Notes under the pieces: generated by a model
Seen by the model: only the letters and a program-made list of their open reading frames with translations
Database searches by the model: none
What the model was told of the DNA's origin: nothing
Shown here: piece by piece, positions 10,740 through 24,407 of the stretch
Position numbering within the stretch: the stretch's first letter is position 1
Layout of the letters: every line of letters begins with the position of its first letter
Assembly: GCF_006345805.1 (NCBI RefSeq)
Contig: NC_043013.1
Location: 17,546,001 to 17,610,000 of the forward strand
Reading direction: 5' to 3'
DNA length: 64,000 bases
Source of the DNA: Octopus sinensis
Lineage: Eukaryota
Translations under genes and position numbers: made by a program

Positions 10740-13700
10740 TTATCATCGTTTAACATCCACTTTCCATGCTGGAATGGGTGGGTGCACCCGGCTCCATTCT
10801 GATCTGGCAGAATTTCTACGGCTGGACTGAGAATGTAGTGGGTGCTTTTACGTGCCACCAGCATGAGGGCCAGTCCAGTGTTACTGGCAACGGCCATGCT
10901 CAAATTGTGTTTTTTACATGCCACCGGCACAGGAACCAGTCCAGTGGCACTGGCAACAACCTCACTCGAATGTTGTTTTTCATGTGCCACCAGCACATGT
11001 GCCAGTAAGGCGATGCTGGTAACAATCACACTCAAATGGTGCTTTTTACGTACCATTGGCCTCCACAATAGGAATGGTATGATTTGTTATAAAAATGTTA
11101 TCAGATTCAGTAAGATGTTTAATTTTTTTCAGTTTTCATGTTTATTAATTTTTTCAGTTTTGTATGATTTGTTATAAAAATACTATCAGATTCAAAACGA
11201 TTCTTCATCTTTTCACTCTTTATGTTTATTAATTTTTAACATTTAATTTTTTGTTTTATTGAGGGTTAAACAATTTTTTTTAGTTGAAGGAGATAACCAA
11301 AAGTACCGATATTTCTTGTAAAATGGGGTGGGGGAGATAACCCAATTTTTTAATGGTGGGGAGATAGCCAAAAAGTACCTAAGGGGGCACCAACACACCT
11401 TGGCCTTCTGATTTTTCAATCTGTAATTTAAAATATTCTTAACCCTAACCCATATCAAGGTCATTTCACAGCATAGACTATAAATACTGCATGCTAAAGT
11501 ATTGTTGAAACTTCTTATGACATTCGTGATGCCAGGTGAATCATCTGAATTTATGAATATTAAAACGTTATGAGACAATGAACAGAGCAGAATGAACTTC
11601 CGAATACATAAAATAAACTCCAGCAAGTGAGTGGAGGCCTTGTTTAAAAATTTAGAAAGAAATTGAATCAAACCTAAGTGTTTTTGTTCTACAGTATGGC
11701 AACAACTTAGCTCAGAAAAACTGTTCAGGCTACAATAATGACGAAGAAATCAAGAAATCGCTTGTAAATGTTGTCAACACCAATTGATTAGCTGTGGTGA
11801 GAGATTCACACACACACACTCTCTTTTGATAGGCTTTTTTCAGTCTCTCTCTACCAAATCCACTCACAAGGCTTTGGTTGACCTGATTCTATAGTAGAAG
11901 ACACTTGCCCAAGGTTCCACACTGTGGGACTGATCCTGGAACCATGTGATTAAGAAACAAGTTTCTTACCACATAGACATGCCTCTGTGTGTGTTGTGTG
12001 TGTGTGTGTGTGCTTACATTTGTGCTTACTCCTACTGTAGTTGCAACCTATGAGTGGTGACATTATTCTCAGTTCACTCATCAACAAACCATCCATTTGG
12101 TTTGCACCTTTGAAGTCTTGTAAAATAAGAGATTGCTTAGTTGAAAATAGATAAAGGTTAATGACAGGAAGAGCATCTAACAATAAAACAATGTCTGAAT
12201 AATATATTCATCTAGCCTATGCTAGCATAGAAGAGCAAATGAAATTCTTGTTCAGGTGTGGGTATCTGTAGAGATTTTTCTGAGAATGTTTGTACAAGTA
12301 CTTGTGTGTTAAGTAAGTATGCACACAAATATATAATGTGTGTCATCATCACCGTTGTGGTTTAATGGCCGCTTCCCCCCCCCCCCGTGTTCACAGCTGA
12401 GTGAAGCAGGCGCTAGTTCTACCACCTCCACCACCACAACTACCATTATCATCACTGTCACCATTACTTTTGTGCTGCTGTGTCACTGGAAAGACTTTCA
12501 GACTATCAACCTAAATAACTCGGCTCCTTCTCATTAACGACAAACTTCCCTTCATTCAGGTGGTAACACGATGAATACCTCTGCTTTCACCTTTTTATCT
12601 ATTTACCTGTTTCTTTTTTTTTAGGTAACATTTCTTTTCAGCCAAGCATGTCTTCTGACACATACATATATTATATACACATACACACATTACACATACA
12701 TACATATATTATATACACATACATAGTTGTATGTCACTTCTTGGTTCAATATTAAATCACTTATTTTTCTACATTATATGAGTTTTGTGTCTGCTGCGAT
12801 TAAATCATTCAGCTATAAAATAAGCAAAATTAGACGAATTAATTAACCTATGTAATTACTGGAGCTGAACCTCTTACATCTGACTCTAGCTATCTTCAAA
12901 ATAGGCAGACCACATAAAATACCATCATCTTAGATATACTGTGCCTGAGTAAAATGTTTGGATTGTGTGTGTGTGTATGTATGTGTGTGTTTGTAATTAA
13001 TATATTTTGTTCCTCAGTTCATTCATGATATCATTTATTGAAATATGTCAAATATTAAGGAATTTACAAACAAACAAAAAAATAATAATACTTTGTAGGT
13101 GTGTTTGTGTTGGGTAGGCAGTGTAAATTAAAACATGCTGATCTTGAAGAAACCCCATAACATGCTAAGATCAAAGTACTAGCAAGCTCACTTGATATGT
13201 TGCTTTGGGTAAACATAGAATGGCTTTGCTTCTTGCAAGAGGTTACCTGAACATGATTAATAATAACTAATTGATGAACTTTCTTAACCTTCTCAACAAT
13301 ATGTGAAATTTAACTGCAATCCTTTTCAAAAACATATAACATCAATGGAATTTGTTGTTGTGATACCAGTGCCGGTGGCATGTAAGAGAACCATCCGAAC
13401 GTGGCTGTAGCCAGCGCCGCATCGCCTGGCCTCCGTGCCGGTGGCACGTAACAAACACCATCCGATCATGGCCGTTGCCAGCCTCGCCTGGCCTCTGTGC
13501 TGGTGGCACGGAAAAAACACCCACTACACTCACAGAGTGGTTGGCGTTAGAAAGGGCATCCAGCTGTAGAAACACTGCCAGATCAGACTGGGCCTGGTGC
13601 AGCCTTTGGGCTTCCCAGACCCCAGTTGAACTGTCCAACCCATGCTAGCATGGAAAGCGGACGTTAAATGATGATGATGATGATGATGATAAACTAATTC

Positions 13701-14768
13701 CCTCTCCCTAAGATTTCTGGCCTTGTGCCAAAATTTGAAACACTTTTTGTACCCCACCACCACCACTTGACAACTGATGTTGGTTTGTTTACATCCCCAT
13801 AACTTTGCAGTTCAGCAAAATCAACCAATAAAATAAGTGCTAGGCTTAAAATACATTACTGGGATTGACTTTGACTAAACCCTTCAAGGCGGTGCTCCAG
13901 CATGGCAACAGTCCACTGACTGAAACAGGTAAACGGTGAAAGATAAATAATATTGTCCCGGCAGAATGTTATAACATCTGAAGAAATAACTGAACACAAG
14001 TCGATAAACTGATGTTTATTTCTGGAAGGGCAAACACATTTCTATTGAAGACTATAATTACAGCCCATGCCGTTGAGAAGCTTTCTAATGACACCATCTA
14101 TGACCCACACACACACACGGATACAATATCCCTGTTCCATTGATAAAATTTAAAACATTGACTGCCACCCCCACCTGCCACTGACCCCCCACTTGCTACC
14201 CCCCACCACCACCACCACCAACACATTAGTTAATTTATGATCAAAATTTTACAAGTGCTACAAGGAAGATCTGGTTCAATGATAATAAGTTATGTTATAA
14301 TTGTTTTCTTCCTGTTTCTATTAAAAGCTTGTAATTGTCCAATTACCAAAGGTTAATAATGTTGGCGATGATGATATTTCCCTTTTGTTCAGTAGTTTAT
14401 TCATAACAATAAATGAATAGAAATATTCAATGTTAATGAAATTAGAAATATTTTTATTTTTAAATATCTCTTGCACGATTCCTTAGTCTGTCTTCCAGAG
14501 AAGTAGCCATCTCTCTGTCTTCTCTCCCACCCCAGCTTTTCCATCCCCCTTGCTTTCTCTCCCACCAACCTCCCTCTATCTCTTTCTATCATTTCTCTCT
14601 CACTATCTCCTCTCTCTTTCTGCCTAGTTTCCATCCTCTTGCTTTCTCTCCCACCAACCTCCCTCTCTATTTTCTCTTTCTCTCTCACTCCACCTCTCTA
14701 CAGACACAATTTCCATCTGCTTGCTCTCTCTTTCACTAACTCTCTCTCTGTCTTTTTTTTTCTTTTTC

Positions 14769-14808
<40 letters not shown>

Positions 14809-16089
14809 TTACAATTTATTTCATGGACAATGAATCATACACATTAAACTCTGTCTCTTCTCACTGTCTCTCTGTCCACTGATATCACTCTCTCTCTCTC
14901 TCCATCTGCTAACCAGTGCTGCCACCTTCACTTACTAACTCCATTGAGAAATCACTTTCATTCCCTCCGGCCTCCCCCCTCTACTCTCACCTCTTCACTA
15001 TTTTCGTTTTCATAAATAACCCCCTACTGTGATAACTCCTCCTCCTTCCTGTTATGTGTTAAGTGTCCCAGCAATAAACGAAGGTTGTAATAATATGTAA
15101 TTAACCCTCTCTCTCTCCCTCCACCTCCACATATTATTAGGATCAAAAGATCAAATATTTGTCAAACAGAGGAAAACTTCCTGCTGTTTCCTCCATAGTG
15201 GCTTAGATTACACATGGTGAATCTATCTGCCCTCTACTCAACACTCAGGACTCAATCAGCCACAGAACTCTAGCTACCTTCCACTCAACTTTCAACAAAC
15301 TGGCTGCCCTCCACCGAACATTGTTTCGATATGGCATGCTAATTGCAAACATTGTTCACCTTCATACAAGTCCTGTTCGTTGCACTCACTCTTCAGTGAA
15401 AATATGTCCAGGTTAGGGAAAATATTATCTTACTTGGAAACAGATGAGGTTTGGCAGCAGAAAGAGCATCCAGCCATAGAAAGTCTGTGCCAACAATCTT
15501 GTTTGACCCATGCAGATATGGAAATAAAGACATTACAACAATTATGATGATGGTACTGGTTTATTTGGATCAATGCCTTTATTTTGGTTGGCTGCTTATA
15601 CTGGAATATGGTCAGTGAAATAATGTGCTGGTGTATCTTGGGCAACATGGTTATAGTATAATATAGTAAAACCACAGGGTAACATCATTAGTAGGAGAGG
15701 TTATGAAGGTGAAATACTGTAATTGAATAGATTAAGGTAAAAGAAGTTAACAAGACATGAAAAGGTGAAATATTTTTTGTCTTTTAAAAAGGTAAAGTTG
15801 ACCTCGGCAGAATTTGAATTCAGAATGTAAACACAAACAAAATGCTGCTAAGCAATTTGCCTGGCATGTTCATAATTCTGCCAGCTCACCACCTTAATAA
15901 TAATAATAATAACAATAATGATTTTTTATAAACTTAAGCACAAGAAATTTTGTGGAGAGAGTTCCTTGTTTATATTGACCCTAGCATTTGACTGGTACTT
16001 TATTTTATTAACCTTGGATGAGTGAAAGGCAGAGTTTACCATGGCAGGATTTAAGCACAGATTGTAACGGGCTCTAATGAAATACTACA

Positions 16090-16742
16090 AAACTGACCAC
16101 TGCCTTTTGCATTGAACATTGTCATAAAAGACCCATTTCTCGCCACCTATAATGACATTATTGAGAAACGGAACATTTCTCTGCCCTGAAAAAATACTTG
16201 TTGCTATCCTCCCTATTCCTCTCACTAAACATATGGGGAACCCAAACACTCAGCTTGCTGGCTTTTCTAAGTGGCCACAGATAGTGGATTGGGATGTGTT
16301 GAGGTCAACTGCTAACTCACAAATACTTTTACGAGGATTGAATTTCACTAATTCTCTTAAAGCATCTTGATTGCAGTCCAATGGATGTCCTGGTTTGAGT
16401 TGATTTCTCAGTGACAAATCTCTGGAACGAAGCTTTGAAAACCAATTTCGCACTTACCGGTCAGTCGTGACACCATGACCATAAACACTGTATATTTTCT
16501 TAGCTGTTTCTGTGGCATTTTTTTCCATTCTTAAACTCTCACAACATCACAAGTGAAATATGCCCTTTCAGTTCATCCATTTTAGGGGAGTGAAATTTAA
16601 ATTTAAAATAGGATGCTTAAATATGAATGACAGCTGTGTCTCTTTAAAACGGTAATTTCCGTTTCAATTTTAAACAGTTGAAGTTCAAATGCATTGTTAC
16701 AATTCACTTACAAAAAACAGAAATTATTTGACTCGACCCAGT
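16090..16742 (-). mobile_element. 3'-truncated mariner fragment
   Basis: TIR-like end at ~16714-16742; HTH remnant RNWFSKLRSRDLSL...STICGHL and RNVPFLNNVIIGGEKWVFYDN. Confidence 0.8.
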
Positions 16743-16750
16743 GTGTATGC

Positions 16751-16782
<32 letters not shown>

Positions 16783-16899
16783 TGATAGAAATGGTAAGAC
16801 AACAAAAGAATGGAAGAGACCTCGATATTATGTAAATAGAGGAATTTATCTGTATAGAGGAATTATACAGATATATATATATATATATATATACATATA

Positions 16900-17303
16900 G
16901 GCGCAGGAGTGGCTGTGTGGTAAGTAGCTTGCTAACCAACCACATGGTTCCGGGTTCAGTCCCACTGCGTGGCATCTTGGGCAAGTGTCTTCTGCTATAG
17001 CCCCGGGCCGACTAATGCCTTGTGAGTGGATTTGGTAGACGGAAACTGAAAGAAGCCTGTCGTATATATGTATATATAAGTGTGTGTGTATATGTTTGTG
17101 TGTCTGTGTTTGTCCCCCTAGCATTGCTTGACAACCGATGCTGGTGTGTTTACATCCCGTCACTTAGCGGTTCGGCAAAAGAGACCGATAGAATAAGTAC
17201 TGGGCTTACAAAGAATAAGTCCCGGGGTCGATTTGCTCGACTAAAGGCGGTGCCCCAGCATGGCCGCAGTCAAATGACCGAAACAAGTAAAAGAGTAAAA
17301 GAG
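16900..17303 (+). mobile_element. tRNA-derived SINE family A, full length
   Basis: Box A TGGCTGTGTGG (16910), box B GGTTCAGTCC (16953), internal (TA)/(TG) tract, (AAAGAGT)n tail. Other copies at ~15-185, 8258-8420, 10535-10700, 11830-11990(-), 25640-25880(-), 42880-43020(-). Confidence 0.9.
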
Positions 17304-17426
17304 TATACATATCCACACACTTTGTTTTGTTACACATAACTATTTCAAGTTGTTCCACTTCATATGATTTACTTTCCAAACTATTCATTACAAGCTGTCA
17401 TTACTGCTGGAGTTGTTCTGTTTATA

Positions 17427-17457
<31 letters not shown>

Positions 17458-17552
17458 TATTTGAAAGTTCATTCTGCTGTTTTCTTTGTCTCAAATACTC
17501 AACTTAGGTTCATAAATTTCAATGATCAATTTTCTCCTTTTCCTCATTGATA

Positions 17553-18115
17553 AATCGTCGAAAATTAATTAGCACTTCTCAAATTTCTACATTTTCTTAC
17601 ATTTTCTTAATTTAATTAACTTATTATCAGAAATGAACTCGTTTTTAATCAAAAATTTATTAAAACATATCCCAGCACACCACATAATTGTTATTAATCG
17701 TGAAATTTAGTCAATATCTTGTTGCTCCTCCTTTGGCAGCAATGACAGCTGCTACGCGGGTCGGCATGCTGTCTATGAGTGCCTGCAGGTACTGTGCAGG
17801 GATGGCCCCTCATGCAGCAAGAAGTGCCCCAAACAGCTCGTGTCGGTTCCTGTATTGCTGCACATTCAAATCCCTACCCAATCGACTCCAGAGGTTCTCA
17901 ATAGGGTTCAGGTCAGGTGACTGACCAGCACGTACTCCTCGCCACCAAAGAGGTATCCCGTACTATCTCAACGTACTTTGCTGCGTTGATGTTGCCTTCG
18001 ACGGCATAGAGCCGCCCAACACCACTGTAGCTGAACGCCCCCACACCATCAGACCACCCCCACCATGCTTCATGGTGAGCAAATCAAGGGTGCTAATTAA
18101 TTTCTGACGGTAGTG
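17553..18115 (-). mobile_element. Internally deleted Tc1 element (DDE)
   Basis: TIR TA|CACTACCGTCAGAAATTAATTAGCAC at 18115 with a degenerate partner at ~17553-17575. Translated TMKHGGGGLMVWG and QSPDLNPIENLW...SMPTRVAAVIAAKGGATRY*. Confidence 0.9.
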
Positions 18116-18941
18116 TATATGATACACTGTGTTATCTATATATCTAACATGTTATATGTATTTTTATACACACTTATTTTCCTATTATTACCTATTATAT
18201 TCACCTTGCTAAGAGGTATCATGCATTCACTTTCAGCCTATTGACTTATTACACTGCACACACATGTATTTCCAAAAAAAAAACAAATGATTTGAAATTA
18301 CAGATTGGAAGTACAGAAGGCTAAGGTGTGTTGGTGCTTCCTCATACCTATACGAGAAATATAGTTCTTCAGGAACTTTTGTAGTAAATGAGAGTAATGC
18401 TTCAATGCATTTGTAGTTTTTGCATGGGAGTGTGTTGAATATGTTTACAAATGCACAGATTTTGCATAAACTAAATCTTGTTGTCCCTTGAAAACCTTCA
18501 GAAAATGTACGTAACTGGTTTGTAAAATCATGTACCCATGTATAAATATGCATATATTTTGGTAGTTTTTTTCAGTACATAAACATGTACATTTGTGAAA
18601 TTAGAGCATTTACTGTAGAAAATAACAATGTAGAATAATTAGTGAGTCATTGGCTACAGCATATTGTACAATATTAAAAATAACCAAACCTGAATAATAT
18701 TTGGTGAATGAGAAATATAATTTTCTTATTTTCCTGTTATTTTGATATTTTTATTTACATCCTCATACTCTCATTAACAACTTTCATCATGTACATTTTT
18801 CAGTAATACATCGATTGGAAATATCAAATATTCATGCATGCAAAGTTTAGTAAAGCACCTGCCATCATTATTGATGGTTTGGGTACTCTAGTGATAATGA
18901 TGTTATGATGATGATGATAAAAATAATAATGTATATTTCAG

Positions 18942-19706
18942 ATCCAGACCAGAATGGAGAATCCCTTCAAGACTCAAGCTCTGGTGTTGTTTCTACAACA
19001 ACGTCTACATTTAAAGGATCATATTCTTCATCAGAGTCATTATTGGACAGTAGACATTCTGGGTGGTCGTCTCCGACGGCAACACCAACCGTGTATAGTA
19101 AATCTTGTGTCAGGCAAAACAAAAATCAGACTCTTATGCACAATCTGACAAATCATCATAATAATGTGAACAACAACACTTCTTCTTTGGGAAGTTTCCC
19201 TAATGTGGACATCATCAATGCCAAACTAAACCGAATTCACCTTGAAAAACCCCCTAAACTCATGCTTGGTATGAAAAAAAGCAAATCCCAATCCCGTAGC
19301 TCCCCTTTTCAATATCTTAGCGATGACATCATTGTGAAAATTTTTTCAAACCTGACAACGAACCAGCTGTGCAAGTGCTCACGTGTTTGCAAGCTGTGGT
19401 ACCGTCTGAGCTGGGACCCAACCCTCTGGACAAGCATTGTATTAAACAGCATAACGCTGGAAGTAGACAAAGCACTACGGTGCCTTACCAAACAACTCAG
19501 CTATAATACACCATCAGTTTGTGTGATTATTGAAAGAATCAATGTCAACAACTGTGAAAAACTTACTGACAAAGGACTGCACACCATTTCCAAACGCTGT
19601 CCAGAGCTTCGGAAGCTGGAAGTCCACAATTGCAGTAATATAACTAATTCTGCCCTCTTTGACCTTATATCGAACTGTGTTAACCTGGAGTATCTGAATG
19701 TCTCAG
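18942..19706 (+). CDS. FBXL7: FBXL7 exon: Ser-rich region, F-box and first LRRs
   Basis: tttcag|AT acceptor; F-box LSDDIIVKIFSNL...CSRVCKLWYRLSWDPTLW; LRRs NNCEKLTDKGL...CPELRKL; donor TCAG|gtaggt. Confidence 0.95.
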
Positions 19707-19846
19707 GTAGGTGTACAGTCTTCTTTTTTCACTTTTATTGAGGTTATTTTTTTTATTTTTGCATTTAATCTATCCTTTACTCTGAAGAGAGGTTTTACAG
19801 TGAAAATTGGTTGAAACTTTGGACTAAATGTTTTAGTGGTATTTAA

Positions 19847-20075
19847 GGGGGCAAGCTGGCAGAACATTAGCACACCAGGCGAAATGCGTAGCCGTATTTC
19901 GTCTGCCGTTACGTTCTGAGTTCAAATTTCGCCAATGTCGACTTTGCCTTTCATCCTTTTGGGGTCAATAAATTAAGTACCAGTTACGCACTGGGGTCGA
20001 TATAATCGACTTAATCCCTTTGTCTGTCCTTGTTTGTCCCGTCTGTGTTTAGCCCCTTGTGGGTAGTAAAGAAAT
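19847..20075 (+). mobile_element. SINE family C
   Basis: gagttcaaatt box B, then conserved gtcgactttgcctttcatcc..ggggtcgataaattaagtaccag core. Other copies at ~15775-15900(-), 23705-23920, 25010-25210, 25480-25640(-), 59406-59650, 60950-61110(-). Confidence 0.85.
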
Positions 20076-21979
20076 GGGTATTTAGTTATGTGCTGGTACA
20101 TTCCCAGTTCAAATTTCACTGATGTCAGTTTTTGTGTTTGATCATTGATATTACTAAAGTACCAGTTATGTAGTGGGGTCGATTATACTCTCTAAATTGA
20201 CTTCAGATTAATTAGCAACATAAGGACTAACTATTTAGTGAGGAGGAAGAGGAGGGTTAGTGGCCATAAACTGTGCAGGGCTTTCCAGAAAGTGGAAGCT
20301 GATCTGGCTGAAGCCCTGTTGTGTACAGAAAACATGGGCAAAATAAGAGTTTCATGGGAGAGAGATTGTAGTTGTAGCAGGAGAAAGTAGGATGAATTAG
20401 TATTTAATGTAGAGTTTGAAGGATCAACTATTTTAGTGGATTACAAGATGAGGAAGGACTAATACATAACGGCATGATTGATGGAAATAGAAATATAGTA
20501 TGTTAGTTTAGAGCAGTGGTATCAAGCATAGGTATGGCAATGTTTGGTTCAGTCCCTAAGTTTATTTTTTAATTTTAAAATATTTTATAAAATATGCCAT
20601 TCAATAAAAAACGTCAGCATATGTTCAAAGTCAGAGCCTGACCATAGTCGTGACTAACACTGGTTCTGATTAATCAAATCAGTGCACCTGAGAGAATCTT
20701 TTCAACCAATAAAAAAGAAGCTTATGAAGCCATATGCTAAAAGATGTTACCTATTTACCCTTCACTTTGCCTATACTTGCTGAACCAAGCAAAGTATTTG
20801 TTTCAAATTCATGCATATGTTTATCCAAATGGATTCTTACGATATGAAAGATACTGAGAGGTTTTACAGCTGAGGCAATGCAAGCTTTCTCTCAAGTATT
20901 GGTCTTCTCAAGAACTGTTTGCAATCATTTGGACATCTGTCTCCATTCATACTCTAATGACTCTTACTTAATAAGACTGGATGGGTTTTTATCTGCACAC
21001 AAACTTTGCTGACATTTTGTATTCTTTTTCTCTTAATAAATTTATTATAATGTATATTGAGCCTGTTATCACACAATCAAATATTTCCATCACATCATAG
21101 ATTGATTGACTGTGATTACACTGCATGGATGACATTTAATATCTGAGCTCCTGGGTTCATACGTATTCTGATGCTGACATTTTGTTGTACCCTTCAACAA
21201 GGGAGTCGTCTTCATTCACCCTAGTTCCAATCGACTATATCAATGGGTTATGGATATCCTCCACTAAATCACATATCATCATCATTGTTTAACGTCCGCT
21301 TTCCATGCTAGCACAGGTTTGACTGGGGTCTAGGAAGCCAGGAGGCTGCACTAGGCCCAGTCTGATCTGGCAGTGTTTCTACAGCTGGATGCCCTTCCTA
21401 ACGCCAACCACTCCGTGAGTGTAGTGGGTGCTTTTTACATGCCACCAGCACAGGTGCCAGGCAAGGCTGGCAACGGCTGATCGGTTGGTGCTTTTTACGT
21501 GCCACCGGCATGGAGGCCAATCGAGGTGACACTGGCAACAGCCACGTTCGGATGGTTCTTTTACGTGCCACCAGCACTGGTAAGTTGTTAAAAATCAAAA
21601 CAAGGAGACACTTCAGTGTGTACGTATTTCATTGATATTACCAAAATAGGATATTAGTCTATTGTTGGTAACTCCTCATCACCTTAGAAAATGTAAGACT
21701 AAAACCGGAGTTGAACACTGACATATATTGACACAAAGCAAAAAATCTGTAACGGCATTTCCTTGTTTACAATGTTAAGGGTCCCCGTTGATCCAATCAA
21801 CAGAACAACCTGCTCATGAAATTAACATGCAAGTGGCTGAGCATTCCACAAACACACGTACCCTTAACATAGTTTTTATATAAATTCAGTGTGGCACAGA
21901 ATGTGACAAGATTGGCCGTTTGAAATATGGGTACTACTAATTTTTGGCAGCTGTAGAGGCCATTTGTATAGCATTCTAA

Positions 21980-22026
<47 letters not shown>

Positions 22027-24037
22027 CCACTACACTCTTGGAGTGGTTGGCGTTAGGAAGGGCATCCAGCTGTAGAAACTCTGCCAAATCAAGATTGGAG
22101 CCTGGTGCAGCCATCTGGTTTGCCAGCCCTCAGTCAAAATCGTCCATGCTAGCATGGAAAGCGAACATTAAATGATGATGATGATATATATGTATATACA
22201 TATGTGTATGTATGTATATATATATATATATATATACACCTTTGAAAGGTATACTGTGAGTTTTGTCTGAAAAAAAATCTTTTCAAGGCGTGATACTGTA
22301 GGTTTTGCCTGAGAGAAAATCTCTTCATGGATATGTTGTGTTAAAATTGTATTCAGAGACTAGAAGTCCATTTTCTTTATTCACTTGGCTATTTCTACTT
22401 ATACCATGGCCAACTCTATATATGAGTGTTATGTCAAGGAAAGCTTTGCATATTTGTACTAAGTCTATGTGAGTATATGAGAGGCATGTGGGTATGTCTG
22501 TGGAGACATTTTTTTCAGTATGCCCCCTTCTATTCCACCACCATCTAGATACAATAAACCTTCATAAACCATCTATATATAGAGAGCCTTCAATTCACGT
22601 CTTTCTATTTTCCTGTGTGTGCAAGTAGGATTGTGTGTATATAATGCATGTTTAATGTGCTTAGTGTGTGTGTGTGTGTTTACATGTGTATGTTTAGTGT
22701 ATTTTTGTATTGTGTGCATATGTTCATGTGTATGTTTAGAGTGTATGAATTTAGTATTGTGTGTGTGTGTGTGTGTGTTGCGTTTCACATTCTCCCCCCC
22801 CCCCTCCCCACTACTTGTTCATCCACTTGAGATTTAGACAGAAATGACTGAAGTGGACAGTGGGGGGATAGTGGTGATGGTAGTGGCAGTGAGTGAGCCT
22901 CTCCAAACCACTCTTTAGTTGCTGGCTACCTGCCTTCTTGCTGGAATGTCTGTCCCCTTATTAGGTTATGCTATGTAGGTGTTGTTAGTAGTATGGGAGT
23001 TTGATTCTGTATTGGTAGTAGTGGTGGTGGTGGTTATTGTCATTGAGAATAATGTGCCGATAGTGTTGATAGGTGATTCTAATGTTGTTGCAGTGGTGGT
23101 GGTGGTGGTGGTTCTAGTGTAGGATTATGGTGGTGTTACTCTAGTGGTGATGGTGGTACTAATATGACATTCTAGTGTTGTAGTGGTATTGTGGTGGAGA
23201 TGGTAGGGTAGTGAATATTGTAGTAGGGTATTTTTGTAACAAAGATGTTGACATCAGTTACAACTGATCCAACAGACTTTATTATCAAGGACATTCCTAC
23301 CGTGATCAGCCTTTCATCTCCCCCCCCCCCAGGCATAGTCTATCCAAGGCTACATTCTCTGTGTCCTCCAATTATTAAGATAGCCAAGTGTAGTGTGAGG
23401 GAGATTTGGCTGCTATCTCTAACTGGTTGAGCAACCACAAAGAAACTCTCATTTTAGCTCATTAAATACCAATTAGTGGTTGTTGTTTAGCCCTGGGTCA
23501 GCCCTAATCTGGAAGACTTATGATCATAGGCGTTCCAGTTTTGACCATCCAGGTCCAATGATTTCATTCTTGCTTTAAGACAACAGGGCATGATTTGAGG
23601 GAAATTTGGTTGTTATTTCTGTGTGATTCTTGAATAGTATCACCTAGAAATGAGCCATTAGATATCAAAGTTAATATCAAAAAAATATAATTGATATTAA
23701 GGGTAACAGAAGGTGGCAAGCCGGCAGAATCGTTAGCATGCTGGGCAAAATGCTTAGCAGCATTTCATCCATCGTCAGATTCTGGGTTCAAATTCTGCCA
23801 AGGTCAACTTTGCCTTTCATTCAATAAAATAAGTACAAGTTGAGTACTAGGTTCAATGTAATTGACTTAGCTCCAGCCCCAAAGTTGCTGACCTTGTGTC
23901 AAAATTTGAGACCAACAATAACTCATGGGTAATAGAATCTGGAGTGTTAGTTAGAAGCAGTTGAACCCAACTGTTTTCTAGTGTAGTTCAGCCGTCTATT
24001 GAAGGAGGTGGAAAGCAGCTACAGCACTAAAAGAAGT

Positions 24038-24407
24038 GGAGGCGCAATGGCCCAGTGGTTAGGGCAGCGGACTTGTGGTCGGAGGATCACGGTTTCGATT
24101 CCCAGACCGGGCGTTGTGTGTTTACTGAGCGAAAACACCCAAAGCTCCACGAGGCTCTGGCAGCGACCCCTGTTGTACTCTTTCGCTCCAACTTTCTCTC
24201 ACTCTTTCTTCCTGTTTCTTATCCCCAACTTCCTGCGCAACCGCTGAGCCTGGATGCACATCCATCCGTCCGTCGATGCTCTCGGTGTCGGGGGTTGACC
24301 TGCTTTCTCTCCTACGTGTCTTACGAATAGCAAAGGACCACGTTTTGGACTTCTCCCATCTTGCAAGCTCTGGGACGAAGACCGTTCGCTCAACAGCAAC
24401 AGCACTA
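24038..24407 (+). mobile_element. CpG-rich tRNA-derived SINE, distinct family
   Basis: Box A TGGCCCAGTGG (24048), box B GGTTTCGATTCCC (24091); body unrelated to families A-C; CpGs retained, suggesting a young copy. Confidence 0.75.

Noticed and set aside
11060-11420. Short tandem duplications (~90-bp AT-rich unit and ggagataacc motif) as a CRISPR-like or coding array
   Set aside because: Two to three degenerate copies without unique spacers in a eukaryotic context; the overlapping 142-aa ORF is low-complexity.
18905-18941. MMMMIKII start of the 278-aa ORF as the FBXL7 N-terminus
   Set aside because: It derives from an intronic (GAT)n tract; a clear acceptor at 18941 precedes the real exon.
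20515-21270. hAT transposon remnants (CAGTGGT ends at ~20516 and ~24639)
   Set aside because: Only single termini and no convincing transposase translation; too weak to call.
24038-24110. tRNA gene
   Set aside because: Boxes A and B are present but no acceptor stem closes a cloverleaf, and it runs into a SINE body. The same applies to the other SINE heads.
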